From: Marsupella aquatica
Lineage: Eukaryota > Plantae > Marchantiophyta
Assembly: GCA_973895155.1 (NCBI GenBank)
Contig: OZ316893.1
Location: 13,966,359-14,030,358, forward strand
DNA: 64,000 bases
Direction of reading: 5' to 3'
The translations under genes and the position numbers were made by a program. The first letter of the stretch is position 1. Each line of letters opens with the position of its first letter. Under the pieces are notes generated by a model. It worked only from the letters and a program-made list of their open reading frames with translations, did not search any database and was not told where the DNA came from. Positions 25,901 to 37,229 of the stretch are shown here, in pieces.

Positions 25901-26924
25901 ACACCGACTTCAATACAAAGATGTTGTAGAGTGTCCCCCATGTGGCCAGTTTTGTTTTGCTCCGTTCTCCTTCTCTTCTCACCTTGGAGGAATCTCTTGG
26001 CAGCTCCCCAACCCAGATCCTCACCCAGATCTCAATTCACCCTCGGGTCCCGGTTGTTGAGCTGATTATCCTGCCAGATTTTCTCCAGTTGTTGTTCAAG
26101 TTCCGGTGTATCTAGTAGGGCTGCATCCATTTTGAAGTAAGTAGACTTCTTTCGGTGCCCTCCTTAGTCCTTTGCTTCAGCATAAAGGTCGTAGTGACGG
26201 GTATGTGGTCAGAGAGAGTCTCCCTGCCATCTTGCACGCTGGATTTGACAAATTCACACCATTGGTTCCGGTTGCTGCTGTAATTTCTGTCCAATCGGGA
26301 TTGATCATAGCAATTTGTGTTTGGACTGGCTTGTCTGGTGTAATGTGGTCCCAATCTGATGCGCTTGCACACAGGTAATTATCAACCAAGTCAAGATGAT
26401 CTACAAGCCTGTTCTAGGCTCTAGATTCAACACCGTGTATGAATGCAGAAGGCCCCATGGCATCATCCCACAAGTTGGTCATGTTCCAATCTCCACACAA
26501 GATCCAATTGGATTTCTGAGTGTTCCTTTTGAGCCATTTCTAGAGGTCAATCCTGCTTCTCCTTTCGTTCGGCGCATAGACAGACCCAACACTTAGTGCA
26601 CCCACGTTGGTGTTGAAGGTAGCCCACACAAAGGATCCGTCTCCTTTACATCCGTGATTCACAAGCTGATATTGCTTCGGTATATATCAACATGGCTGCC
26701 CCAACTTTGCCTTCCTCATTACGATCCACAATTTTGGTACCTTCAAGATCGAGAATACCAAGCTGGAAGATAGCCCTCTCTTTTTTAATCTTCAACTCTT
26801 GCAGACAAAGGACAGCCGACTCCTGTTTGCAATTTCGAATCCACCTGCTCAGTTGCTTGACTCGCACAGGGTTGTCAAGACCCCTCACATTCCACTGGCT
26901 AATCTGCAGCTCGTCATTCATCAT
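22974..26924 (-). pseudogene. L1 ORF2 (APE endonuclease - reverse transcriptase - zf-RVT) with multiple stops and frameshifts
   Basis: Endonuclease ISQWNVRGL...LCLQELK, SRLDR...SDHIPV; RT KAPGIDG, QTGFLEGRDILDN, LKLDF, QLFADDTG; YLGSP; C-terminal CARC...EHTEHLFFSC and IWNERN. Confidence 0.93.
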
Positions 26925-29113
26925 TAAACCTTATTGTAGGACCTCGTGTAGAGGCTACGAGCGCTACTCTCTTTCTCACCTGTTGTCTGCTTAGTGCCTC
27001 TGCCTTGCCCACTTACTATTGCTGCACCTTTTTTTGGTCCTTTGTTTGCCTTTGAGTTTTCGGGCATAGAAAATCTTGGGTCGGTAGCCTCTGTTGCTCC
27101 TGGGTGTTGATAGGGAGTTTCTTTAGGGAGTACCTCGGCCATTCTCCGGTCACTCGCAAAGGTGGGAACAGCCTTAGGTTGTCCATTCTTTTTGGTTTTT
27201 TTTGGTACTTGTCTTACTGGCGATTCCAAATTCGGTGGGGAGGACCCGGGTTCCTTGCCCCAAGCTCTGTTGGGTGATGCAATAGCTTTCCTTGCATTCT
27301 TGGTGGTTTCTATTTCCATTGGAGCGGTTGCTCCTGCTTCTATTGGTTCTCCAGTGGTTAAATTCTCCGATGGTCTCACCACGAGGGGGCTTGGAGCTTG
27401 ATCAACGTTGTTGCCACTATCCTGCTTGTTGTTGGATTGTGAGTTGTCTGTTGTTGTGGACTTGGTTTGGTCCTTCATTTCTTGGGGCGCCCTAGATTCT
27501 TCCACATTTTGTTCCCTCTCATTCTCAATTTCCCCTTCCTCTGGCCCCTCGAGTCCTGGTAGAGCTCCAAAGGGGTTGCCATCTTTGCCGATGCTATTTT
27601 TTGTGTCTTCCACCAGTGACCGTCCTTTGTTAGTGCTCCTGGCCTTCATAGTGGTGAATCCATCAGTGTTAGCTTGGTTAGCTACGTGGTGGTGTGGTCC
27701 AGTGGGAACAGCAATTCGATCGTCCATGTTCTTTCTTGCATCTACGTTCTTCTTGTTTCAATTGGCTTGTTCGGGCAGTACCTAGCTATGTGGCCCCGTT
27801 GTTTACAGGCGAAGCATGCGTCTGGGAGTGTTCGGTATATGACATCCACTCTATAGCTACCAACACCAGGTATTGTCATATCTATAAATTCAACCAAGTC
27901 ATCATTGAGATTGCATAGTACGCATCCACGAATGTGAGAGAATTTGCTTCATGTGTGTTCCATCTTAGCATACAAAATTTTCCCAATTTTTGCTAACATC
28001 TGGTTTGCGTAGTATTCAAACGCTGGATTGAGTAGTGGCAGATCCACCCACACTGGTGCTTTGGTTTCAGACCTCATAGCATTAGCATCAAAATCCAAAG
28101 TCTAGGGCATCGCAAGGACCATTTTGCATCCCATGTGGAGGTAGGGTTCGAGTAGGATTGTATTCTGCTCGGCTAGCCGGGGTGGAGACCACAATCAAAA
28201 ATGTATACCTGGACAAAAGTTCTTTGATTTGTTCAATTTTAATTCTCATACGGTGTCCAATGACATTGTACGCCCACGCTTCAAAGAAATCCCTTGACGG
28301 GTTGAAGTCAATAGTGTACAGAATTACTCCTCTGTTCTAGAGGTGCAAAATTTGACTAGCAATTATATTCTTGTCTACTACAAGAGTTTCTGACCTCATT
28401 CTCCGTGTAGGCCTATCTGGGACCTTGGGTAGATGTGCTAGCTGCTCCCGGAGGTTGTCAGTTGATACATGCATCCCAGCTTCCTTGTCCAGGTTGTGAT
28501 CATACGGATTCTCCTCCTCTTCATCCTCACAGTAGTTGCTGTTCAGTTCTCCTTCCTCTGGATTCCATTCTGGGTCCTGGAATCCAAGTTCTCTAGCATG
28601 CGGGTCCCCACCTTCACATTGTGATGATGCTGGAGCAGCAATAGCGTATGATTCTGCCCTCTTGCCTCCAGTCTTTGATGTTCCCTCAAAAAGGTTCCCG
28701 GTGGTGGATCCAGGTGGGTTTGGCAATCTAGTTGGTCACCGTTCAGTCCTGTTGCCCTTGTGCTATTTTCTATTCCTTTATGGACATGCGCGCTCTTATT
28801 GCCTTCCTTCTCATTCCTGACTCCATTGTCAGTTCTCATTCCCACGTCTTTCGTTTCCCTGGGAATCCCCAATCCTCATCTGATCTGCCAGTACTTCTCC
28901 CCTGCTGTACTCCATGTCAGTGCTTAGTCCAGGGTATCTTTGCACATCCAAAACCCTGTTGGTTCCTCCCGTCTCTTTGTTGCTTGTCACTAATGTCATT
29001 GATTCAGTTGATTGCTTGGATCGAGTGTCTATGTCCATTTTGATCCCTTCCATCGCAACACCAGGCTACCACATGGAACGATGTGGCGGTGAGAGCTTCT
29101 CCGCCATCGCCAT
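26924..29113 (-). pseudogene. L1 ORF1 (DUF4283-like region plus CCHC zinc knuckle), disrupted
   Basis: ATG at 29113, 42 nt inside the 5' end; APVWVDLP motif near 28050; knuckle CFACKQRGHIARYC near 27775-27818; low-complexity tail ending in a TAA that overlaps the ORF2 ATG. Confidence 0.85.
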
Positions 29114-29519
29114 CTGCCGCCAAGCTTCACTCGAGCATTAGACAGATCAAACTCCGCTATTATTGCCTGTAATGCTCCAGAAAGAGTATCCAAGTACTAA
29201 ACTTTGCCCAACTTACCAAGGTAGCCATAATTAACATCAATCACAAAACCAGTTGCAGTGTGAACTATTGTTTAATGTGTGGGTCAAGTAACTTAACTTA
29301 ATTGTCCACTTCAGCAAAATGGTGCTTGATGGTTTTCTCCACAATACCGAGGGGATGTCGGATGCACTCAAGTTGCATCAAAAGTAATTATTTTTCAATT
29401 CTTACACGTAGAGAGACAAAGAGAGAGAAGTCATCGGTGTTATCAAATCATTTACTTCGCAGAATTGTTTGAGACAAAAAGTTTCATGGATACAAATCTC
29501 CAATTGTAAAATTAAGTAT

Positions 29520-29705
29520 CTAGAGAAATTTAGAAACTCATGATCTCACTTTAGTACTTGGATAAATTCTCTCAATGTCACACACATTGAAGAGCTAGAG
29601 AACATTGGAAACTCATAATCTCCACAGAACTCAACTAAGTAAATCTATCAATGTTAAGTTCATTAAAAAGCTAAAGAAATTATAAAACTCATAATCTCCT
29701 TAGTA
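29520..29705. repeat. Three diverged ~75-bp direct repeats
   Basis: Core AGAGAAATTTAGAAACTCAT(G/A)ATCTC at about 29522, 29597 and 29674. Confidence 0.6.
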
Positions 29706-30335
29706 TATACTCGATAAAATCTGCCAATTCTAGGTTCATTCTCATGGAAGGGATCAACATTTCAAGGGTTGTGCAATAGAGATTTCTAGTCACGTTAGAG
29801 ATTATGAAATCACAGATAAATTTTATTTTTCAAATTACTTAATTCTTATTGAATGGTGACAATCTTGAGCTCATTAGAATCGTCTCTTCAAGATCTTTTG
29901 ATGCCATATGTCGTGCGCATACACATCACTACACAACATACATCGCTTGTCACATACATCCAGACATAGTCACACTACCACATCACAAACACAAGAGAAT
30001 GGAATACAAGTGGAACTCATGTCCACACATGTCCAAAACCCACAATAATCTTCACAACAATCAGCACAACGATTCCGGTCAACAATACCCCATCGATCCC
30101 TCACCGATCGGATCACACACGTATATCAAGCCAATGCATCGTGCACTACTCAAGGACTCCATGTTGTACAAGCGGAGCTCACAGCCACCATAGCCACACT
30201 CAAGCTCCTCTCTCTCCAAGGCTCAACATTGAAAGATAACCTTTCAATGCCTCACAAGAGAGAACTACCCTAGACTCACACAAACCTAATGGAACCTTAT
30301 CGGCTCATATAGCACACATACCAAACATACGGATC

Positions 30336-30661
30336 CTCGGGGGGGTCACTTCCATGGAAGCGGCACATCACGTGCGACGAAGTATAGGCCCATTTAAATG
30401 GGTGTGGCGAAAGACTTCCAAAGTTTGGTGGAAGAACACATAGGGCATGTTTTATTGACTGGTCGACTTTAAAGAACACATAGGCCCATTTAATTGCAAA
30501 AAATACTTTCTTTAAAGTTTTCAAGGGTTTTTTAATAAAAAATGATAAATTTTAAAGAAAGAAAGGGTTTTGCAAAAAAATTAATTCACTTATAAGTTAG
30601 GGGGGTCAAACCCTAAAACGTCGCACGCGATGTATGGCCCTCCATATAGTGACCCCCCTAG
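30336..30661. mobile_element. MITE, copy 1 (326 bp, ~40-bp imperfect TIR, 8-bp TSD)
   Basis: Left end CTCGGGGGGGTCACT...CATCACGTGCGACG, right end CGTCGCACGCGATG...AGTGACCCCCCTAG. Flanks TACGGATC / TATGGATC differ by one CpG transition. Superfamily uncertain. Confidence 0.8.
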
Positions 30662-31343
30662 TATGGATCTAGATAGTACGATACACTCTAACACTACTTA
30701 GAATGGTGTGACACATATTATACATGAGTTTTCATTATTTAACTCAGCAATGTCAAATCTAAAATTGTTGTCGGACAATTTTATGTTTTGAATAAAATCA
30801 AAATGTAAATAAAACCGTTATTGGGAGTAATTTTACCTCAATCTTTATATCTTTTGATTTGCATGTCCATTGTTTTTACATTCTCTTTTATGGCATGGCA
30901 GCCCAATTTTTACAGCAAAGTTGCCACAAACAAAAATGCAGAAGTTAATTTTATCCAAAAAAAAGTCTCTTTGTGTTTGCAACGTGCCATGAAGATGTGG
31001 CACGCTATGGAGCCTGGAATTTTGGAAACGACCCCTAATGGGGGTCCGTAACTAACCTGCAGTGGGTCCCAACCACTGACCCCGATGAATTTGGGGTTGA
31101 ATACTTCACCGAGGGTAGAGCAAGCCTATGGAGCACCACCAGAGACCAAAATATAGGAAGGAGATCATGTGTTTAGATAGGATGAGGGGAGGAAGGTCAG
31201 GGTGGCTACACAATGTTGGGGCACAACTATTTTATTCCTCTAGGATGAAATCTAATTTGTGAAATTATAGTATCCAGAATGCTATAGTATGGGCTCTTCC
31301 TCCTACTCGAGTATCCAGAATGCTCTAGTATGGGCTCTTCCTC

Positions 31344-31458
31344 CTTCAATACGAAGCCGTTGTAGAGTGTCCCCCATGTGGCCAGTTTTGTTTTGCTCCG
31401 TTCTCCTTCTCTTCTCACCTTGGAGGAATCTCTTGGCAGCTCCCCAACCCAGATCCTC
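31344..31458 (-). mobile_element. Isolated 115-bp copy of internal L1 ORF2 sequence
   Basis: Matches 25908-26022 in the same orientation, with three substitutions near its left end. Confidence 0.92.
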
Positions 31459-31754
31459 GGGGGTTTCACTTCCACAAAAATGGCATATCACGTGCGACGA
31501 AGGATAGCCCGGTCATTTTATTGGTTCTAAGGGAAGACTTAAGAATTTTTGCAGAATAACAATAGGGTATTTTTTATTCAATTTTGAGACTTATTATAAG
31601 AATATTACCTAGGGTCTTTTTAATCCAAATTTTGGAATATTCCATCTTTATAGCCCGGGGTAAAAAATTAAAAAAAATTCTTACATTTTAGGGGGTCCGA
31701 GGCCTAAAAACATCGCAGCTGATGGGGAGGTCCCCATATAGTGAGACCCACGAG
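31456..31754. mobile_element. MITE, copy 2 (related to 30336-30661); no TSD visible
   Basis: Left end CTCGGGGGTTTCACTTCCA...ATCACGTGCGACG, right end CATCGCAGCTGATG...CCATATAGTGAGACCCACGAG. Confidence 0.7.
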
Positions 31755-33575
31755 CTAATGGCGTAGGGTTCACGAGTACCCTATCCCACACCATGTGGGG
31801 TGGGTAACATCCTTAATGGCCACCTCCTACCACCAATATGGCCACTCATCTCCCCGAGGCCCTTATGAGTCCTATTGAGCATGGCATACATGAGCATGAC
31901 ATTGACACGGGCATTGACATTCCAAATGGCGCATTTTCATGTCAATTGCATAAATGACGTCTCTTTGCACTCCAAAATTGACCAAAACATTTAGTCACAC
32001 TCATAAATGACACTCAAATCCTTGCAAATGACAAAATGCCAAATGAATGATTTGGACCCCTTTGGGTAAATCACATTAAAGTCATACAACTTGGGAGTGT
32101 TTTGCCCAAAGTTGGGTGATGCCCTTGCTTGGTGCAAAACGTTGGCTACAAAAAACCTTTAGGAGGCACAATGGCATGACTAGTGGCCCAGGGTTGACAC
32201 GTACCCTATCCCACACCATGTGGGCTGGGTAGCATCTCTACTGGTGGGCTACAATCACAGATATGGCCAATCCACCCTTGGAGACCCAAACAAGTCATAT
32301 TGTCCATGGCATGCATGACTGCAACATTGACATCATCAATGACTTATTTTTGTGTCATTTGTGTAAATGACGTCTCCTGACATTACACAAATGACCAAAA
32401 CCCTTAGTCACGAGCACAAATGACTCTAAATCCTTTGCGAATGACCAAATGGGAGTTGTTTGCGTACCTTTGGGCAAATCACTCGAAAGTCATACAACTT
32501 GGGAGTGTTTTGCCCAAAGTTGGATGATGCCCTTGCTTGGTGTAAAACGTTGGGTACAAAAAACCTTTAGGAGGCACAATGGCATGACTAGTGGCCCAGG
32601 GTTGACAAGTACCCTACGGGCAATATATATTATGGGCAATCAACCACTGGTAGCTCTTAGGAGTCATATTGTGCATGGCATACATGACCACAATATTGAC
32701 TGCCCAAATGATGCTTAAATGACATTTGGCGGCAATTGTCAAATGACTAGAAAGTTGAGTCAAAGCAAAAATGACTTGGAAGCCTTTGCAAATATAGGAT
32801 TGATTGGAAAACATGACATGAGCAAATATAGGCATCTAGACATTAGGGTTTAGGGTCTAGATAACTATTAGACCCTAAACCCTAATAGTGTTATTTGGCA
32901 ACCTTGAATACCCCCGTACTCCAATATGTGAAATGTTAATATAACTTAAGGAAATCAATGGTATTAATTACATTTCCGGAGTCCTTGGCATATATAGGAA
33001 CTATATAAAGAATGGGTGCAAGCATAAATACATACTAGAGATGATCGAGCCTTTAAGTTGTACATCAATGATGCGACTCAAAACAAAAGCAAGGTTTTTT
33101 AAGTCTCTAAATGTATTTCAAATCTAATATGTGAGTGCAACCAGTTTTTATACTACCATGCATGTTGGATGTCTAATCATACCCTAAACCTCAAGATAGT
33201 CATATTTTGTTTATCATTGACTACTAATATTTTTAAACACTGATATTTGCATATTTGTTTTCCTAGTCATTAGTCACCGTCGTCCAAAATGACCTCTAGA
33301 AGCAAAACACTGATACAACAGGGTTGTTGTCCATTGTGTCATTCACAAAGACTGTCCAAACTGACCACAACTCATTAGTGTTGTCCTTATAGTAGTCAAA
33401 GTCATTTGGCTCATTGGTGGAAATGACTATTGCAATTATTAGTCATTTTATTCACTTTGTCATTTTAGACAGTCATTTAAGTGTCATTCATGTCCTGTCA
33501 TTATAATATTTTGTCATTTCAAGGGCACATAAGTCATATGTACCCAGGTCATAAAAGGCCCATTTTCTACTAGTG
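31755..33575. mobile_element. Non-autonomous CACTA derivative; right end intact, left end not found
   Basis: Ends GGCCCATTTTCTACTAGTG (reverse complement CACTAGTAGAAAATGGGCC). Dense GTCATT motifs at 33250-33550 and AATGAC motifs at 31950-32780; ~410-425 bp internal direct repeats (near-identical blocks 32078-32199 and 32487-32607). Confidence 0.6.
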
Positions 33576-34470
33576 TAGTCGCAATTTGGCCACATCCTTC
33601 TTGCAGGGAGAAATTCGAGTGTGAGCTTCGCGGCAGATTGTGGAAGGATTTTGGGAAGCTTCATAAGAGATTAAACTATTGATACACCTTCGCTTCCTAT
33701 TAGAAGATGCATCACCTGGATCACCTTCATCATTAGATATGTTGGACATTCGAGTCGTCGTCCGTGAGCAATACGGGTGCGCCTCCCTATATTGAGCTCT
33801 TTTCCTTGCCGCATCTTGTGCCCTGAATGCTGCAGCGCTGCTGAAATGATTCACCGGAAACTTTGGCTCGCCAGGCTCGCTAGAAGATTGTACTCGTCCA
33901 TTCAATGTATGAAGACGAGCTTCGCTTCTACCTATGCTCACTTTCAAAAGAGACAATTATTCTCTGCCTTCAACTAATTCATTTTGTAAGTTTAAGCGCA
34001 TGGTCTCTGAGAGCTTCAGGAGCCACCTCTAAATGCGTCTACACAGTTGTTTCTCATGCCTCGTTCGTAGTAGCAGTCGTCAGTTCTTCACATTGTTGCT
34101 TCATGATCGAGAAGAAGCAATTGTTGACCTTCTTGCTCTGCCTCGGCAAGGATTATTTGACGTTGTTCCTCCGCATCAAAAATTATGTCCATAGTGTCAA
34201 GCTCATTGCTTGCGCTATTGCATTGAGTTGTTGCATCCTTCTGCTTCCTCACAGTCCTGTCGTAATATTTCTGGCGCCTTCGATAGTTTCGTTCCTCTCT
34301 CTTCTGTTTTTGTAATTCATCTTCTACTTCACACAGGATTGACATCTATCATGGGTTACCAGGAATTGCTATGGCGGTGCAGCTCAAAAGATTCATCAAA
34401 TGTCTCCCTTCAACATTGTTGCCTCTCATGGATAAAAAAAACTATTGACAAAGGCTTTGTTCCTCCAAGC
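33576..34470 (-). pseudogene. Decayed coding sequence for a charged, coiled-coil-like protein of unknown family
   Basis: Consecutive minus-strand ORF pieces (EVEDELQKQKREERNYRRRQK...; LSLLKVSIGRSEARLHTLNGRV...) separated by stops and a frameshift. Confidence 0.3.
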
Positions 34471-34959
34471 TTTCGATAGAAAATGGGATTTGAAAATAGT
34501 GGCAGTAGGCTTGCTTGAATCCCTCGGCGCTTAGAGTACAGAGCACCGCGCATTTAAAAAAAAACACCGCGAAAAGAGTCCTTGTGTGTCAGTCCTTCTA
34601 ATTTGACTTAGCACAAAGTGCAGGTGGCCCATTAATTGATATTTGTCCAGGATGCCCATTAAATGGTAAGTATTTTGAATTTTGAGTCCTCAAACCGATG
34701 GCTCTAATCAGACAAACATCCTTTATCACGGACCAGCTGGTTTTGGGGCCACCACTTTTCTTTCGAGGCCCTACATTCAATGCATGTTTGGAATCATATT
34801 CAAATCTGACCTTAGGATGGGTACTAAACAAATCTGGGCCATTCCATGTCACATTTTGGTCACTTGGGAATATTCTTGGAATTATAGCAAGGACTAGGTC
34901 CTTTTTGTGGAGAAAATGGGAGACTTTTCAGTACCCCTCGATCTTGCTTCCCACCAAAT

Positions 34960-35995
34960 GTTAAAGAAACCATTTGAAATGAAAAAATTAGGACAAACAC
35001 ATATTGTTTGGGTTTGCAATTTGAATACTTGCATGGTGGCATATTCCTACATCAGAGTACATATATTAAGAAAGTACTTAAGCAATTCAATATGGATAAA
35101 GCACACCCGATAACATCTCCTATGGAGATTAGGTGTCTAGATAGAGATCAAGACATTTTTAGAAACCAAAAGTAACAAAAATGAACCACTACTTGGACCT
35201 GAGAAACCATATATATCTCTCAACTATTGGAGCCTTAATGTTCTTAGCCAACCAAACTACGCCTGGCATTTCATTTTGCCATGAATTTGTTGGCTAGACA
35301 TAGCTCATAGCTGACTATACGCCATTGGAATGGCATTAAACAAATATTCCAATGTTTACAAGGCACTCATGATATGGGACTATACTTCCCTAATAATACT
35401 AACCAAACCTTAATATGTTATGCTGATACTGGGTACCGCTCAGACCCTAACGATGCAAAATCCCAAACTAATTACGTATTTTTATATGACACTTTACAAC
35501 AATATCATGGAAAAGCACTAAACAAACTCTAACTTGTACCTCTTCCAACCATGTTGAGATAATCGCCTTATATGAAGTCAATAGGGAATGCATATGGCTA
35601 AGAAGAATGATTAATCATATAAATACACAATGCGGCCTAGTACCCACTTTGACAACACCTACTACTTTGTGCGAAGACAACTATGCATGTGTTGAACAGG
35701 TGTCTAAAGGCTTCATCAAAGGAGATCGAATCAAGCACATTGCTTCAAAATTGTTCTTCACTCATGAACAACAAGGAGAGACCATTGAAGTGAAGGCAAT
35801 TGCTGGAAAAGACAATTTTGCAGACTTATTTACCAAGGCGATACCATGAGCAACACACCAACTACATTGCCACAATATAGGATTGAGAAAACTATATAGA
35901 TTAATAGATAATGATCTATTTGATCACTTATGTAAAAGGTGATTCTACTCTGTCCCTTGCAGGAGTATGAGAGGGTTTTAATGAGGCAACACCTT
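34960..35995 (+). mobile_element. Decayed Ty1/copia RT-RNase H fragment, Bianca-like lineage
   Basis: FEMKKLGQT, GGIFLHQSTY, IGALMFLANQT, RHWNGIK, YADTGYRSDPNDAKSQT, TSSNHVEIIALYE, CEDNYAC...KGDRIKHI, NFADLFTK; several frameshifts and stops; no LTR pair found. Confidence 0.85.
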
Positions 35996-36085
35996 CATGT
36001 TTCATAGGGAACAAAACTGATTCTTAGAGATGTTGATGGAGAAATTGAGTCTAGCATACTACTCATATAGTTTCTTGTATTATTG

Positions 36086-37229
36086 GAAACAAAAGCCTGG
36101 ATGGACTGCTACGTTCTCCCCATCTATCCCCATGGACTGTGACAGGGGACAGACCATTTTACACCTAATTATGAGATAGCCCAACTGTAAATGGATGGTA
36201 AACTCTATCATTAATTGTTTACCTACATTTCTGTCCCTCTAAGAACATTATGTGCTCACTTCAAAAGTCAAATTGAGAATGTCAATGAAATGAAAACACA
36301 CATTTAAAATCTTCCGCATCTCCGCCGCGGCAAAGTACTCGAAGCGCTCCTTGTAACAAGAGCAGCGCTCTCTAAAAATAGGATTCATTAACAATACTCC
36401 CCCAAAAAATCTCAAGTAGCACTATAGCAATAGTCAAAACATTTACAATAAGAACAATGGTCTGTCAAAAATAGTATTCAGCAATTGCTTATGCAAATTA
36501 AAATTTCCCTTTACCTCCACAATGAAAAACTTTCTTCAATCCCCATAACAAGAACAATGTTATATAAAATACAAGATTATGTAAAAACATTTCTTAAAGT
36601 AGTATAGTCATTCCGCAAAGTGTCAATGCCCTAGAATCTTTAAAAAAATGTGTAGAAAAATATGAATCCATTATAAAAATTGATGTTATTTGGGCATTAG
36701 ATTTGCCCCATAGCCTCCTTGGTGAGAATTGTTCCGTTGGTTAATGAGTCACTGTGTTACTTGCTTCCCTTTTAATGGGGCTTATAAACATTCAAAAATA
36801 TTTTTGAGTAAATTAAGTTCATTTAGTATGTTACCCATTGAGCCAATAACTTAAGGCACTATGAGTTAAATGTGAAGCACTCGTACTCAAAGTTTCATAA
36901 ACCATAGAGGCCAAATCAAGTATTTATAGAAGGACCTAAATATACTTTATATTTTTATTGAACTCTATTGGGGGAATGGAGCGAAGCCTTCAATTAAAGT
37001 GCTCTGGCCTCTGACAAAATATCTTTAAGACATGAGTGAGGACAGAGTTAGTGCCAGGGAAAATTTTTGGACAGAACTGATACTTTGGTAATTGACAGTG
37101 GTATGTATGGACAGAAAAGTAAACACTAGTATCCATGCATATTTATATGTTTTAGCCCAGTCCATCCAAGTTTCATTTATCCATGGGAGCTTCATGGACA
37201 ACCTGCCAGTCCATCCGGGCTTTAAGTTC
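36086..37229. mobile_element. Non-autonomous MULE-like element, copy B (1144 bp)
   Basis: Perfect 10-bp TSD TGTATTATTG (36076-36085 and 37230-37239). TIR GAAACAAAAGCCTGGATGGACTG versus GAACTTAAAGCCCGGATGGACTG (reverse complement); same TIR core as copy A. Confidence 0.8.

Larger units (their letters stand above)
22554..29155 (-). mobile_element. Full-length decayed L1-clade LINE (6.6 kb)
   Basis: 13-bp TSD GCTATTATTGCCT (22541-22553 and 29156-29168); short poly(A) seen as a T-run at 22554-22560; ORF1 and ORF2 remnants in the expected order. Confidence 0.95.

Noticed and set aside
30692-30706. CACTACTTAGAATGG as the left TIR partner of the CACTA end at 33575
   Set aside because: Weak TIR match, flanks TAA versus TAG do not form a perfect 3-bp TSD, and no subterminal repeats follow it.
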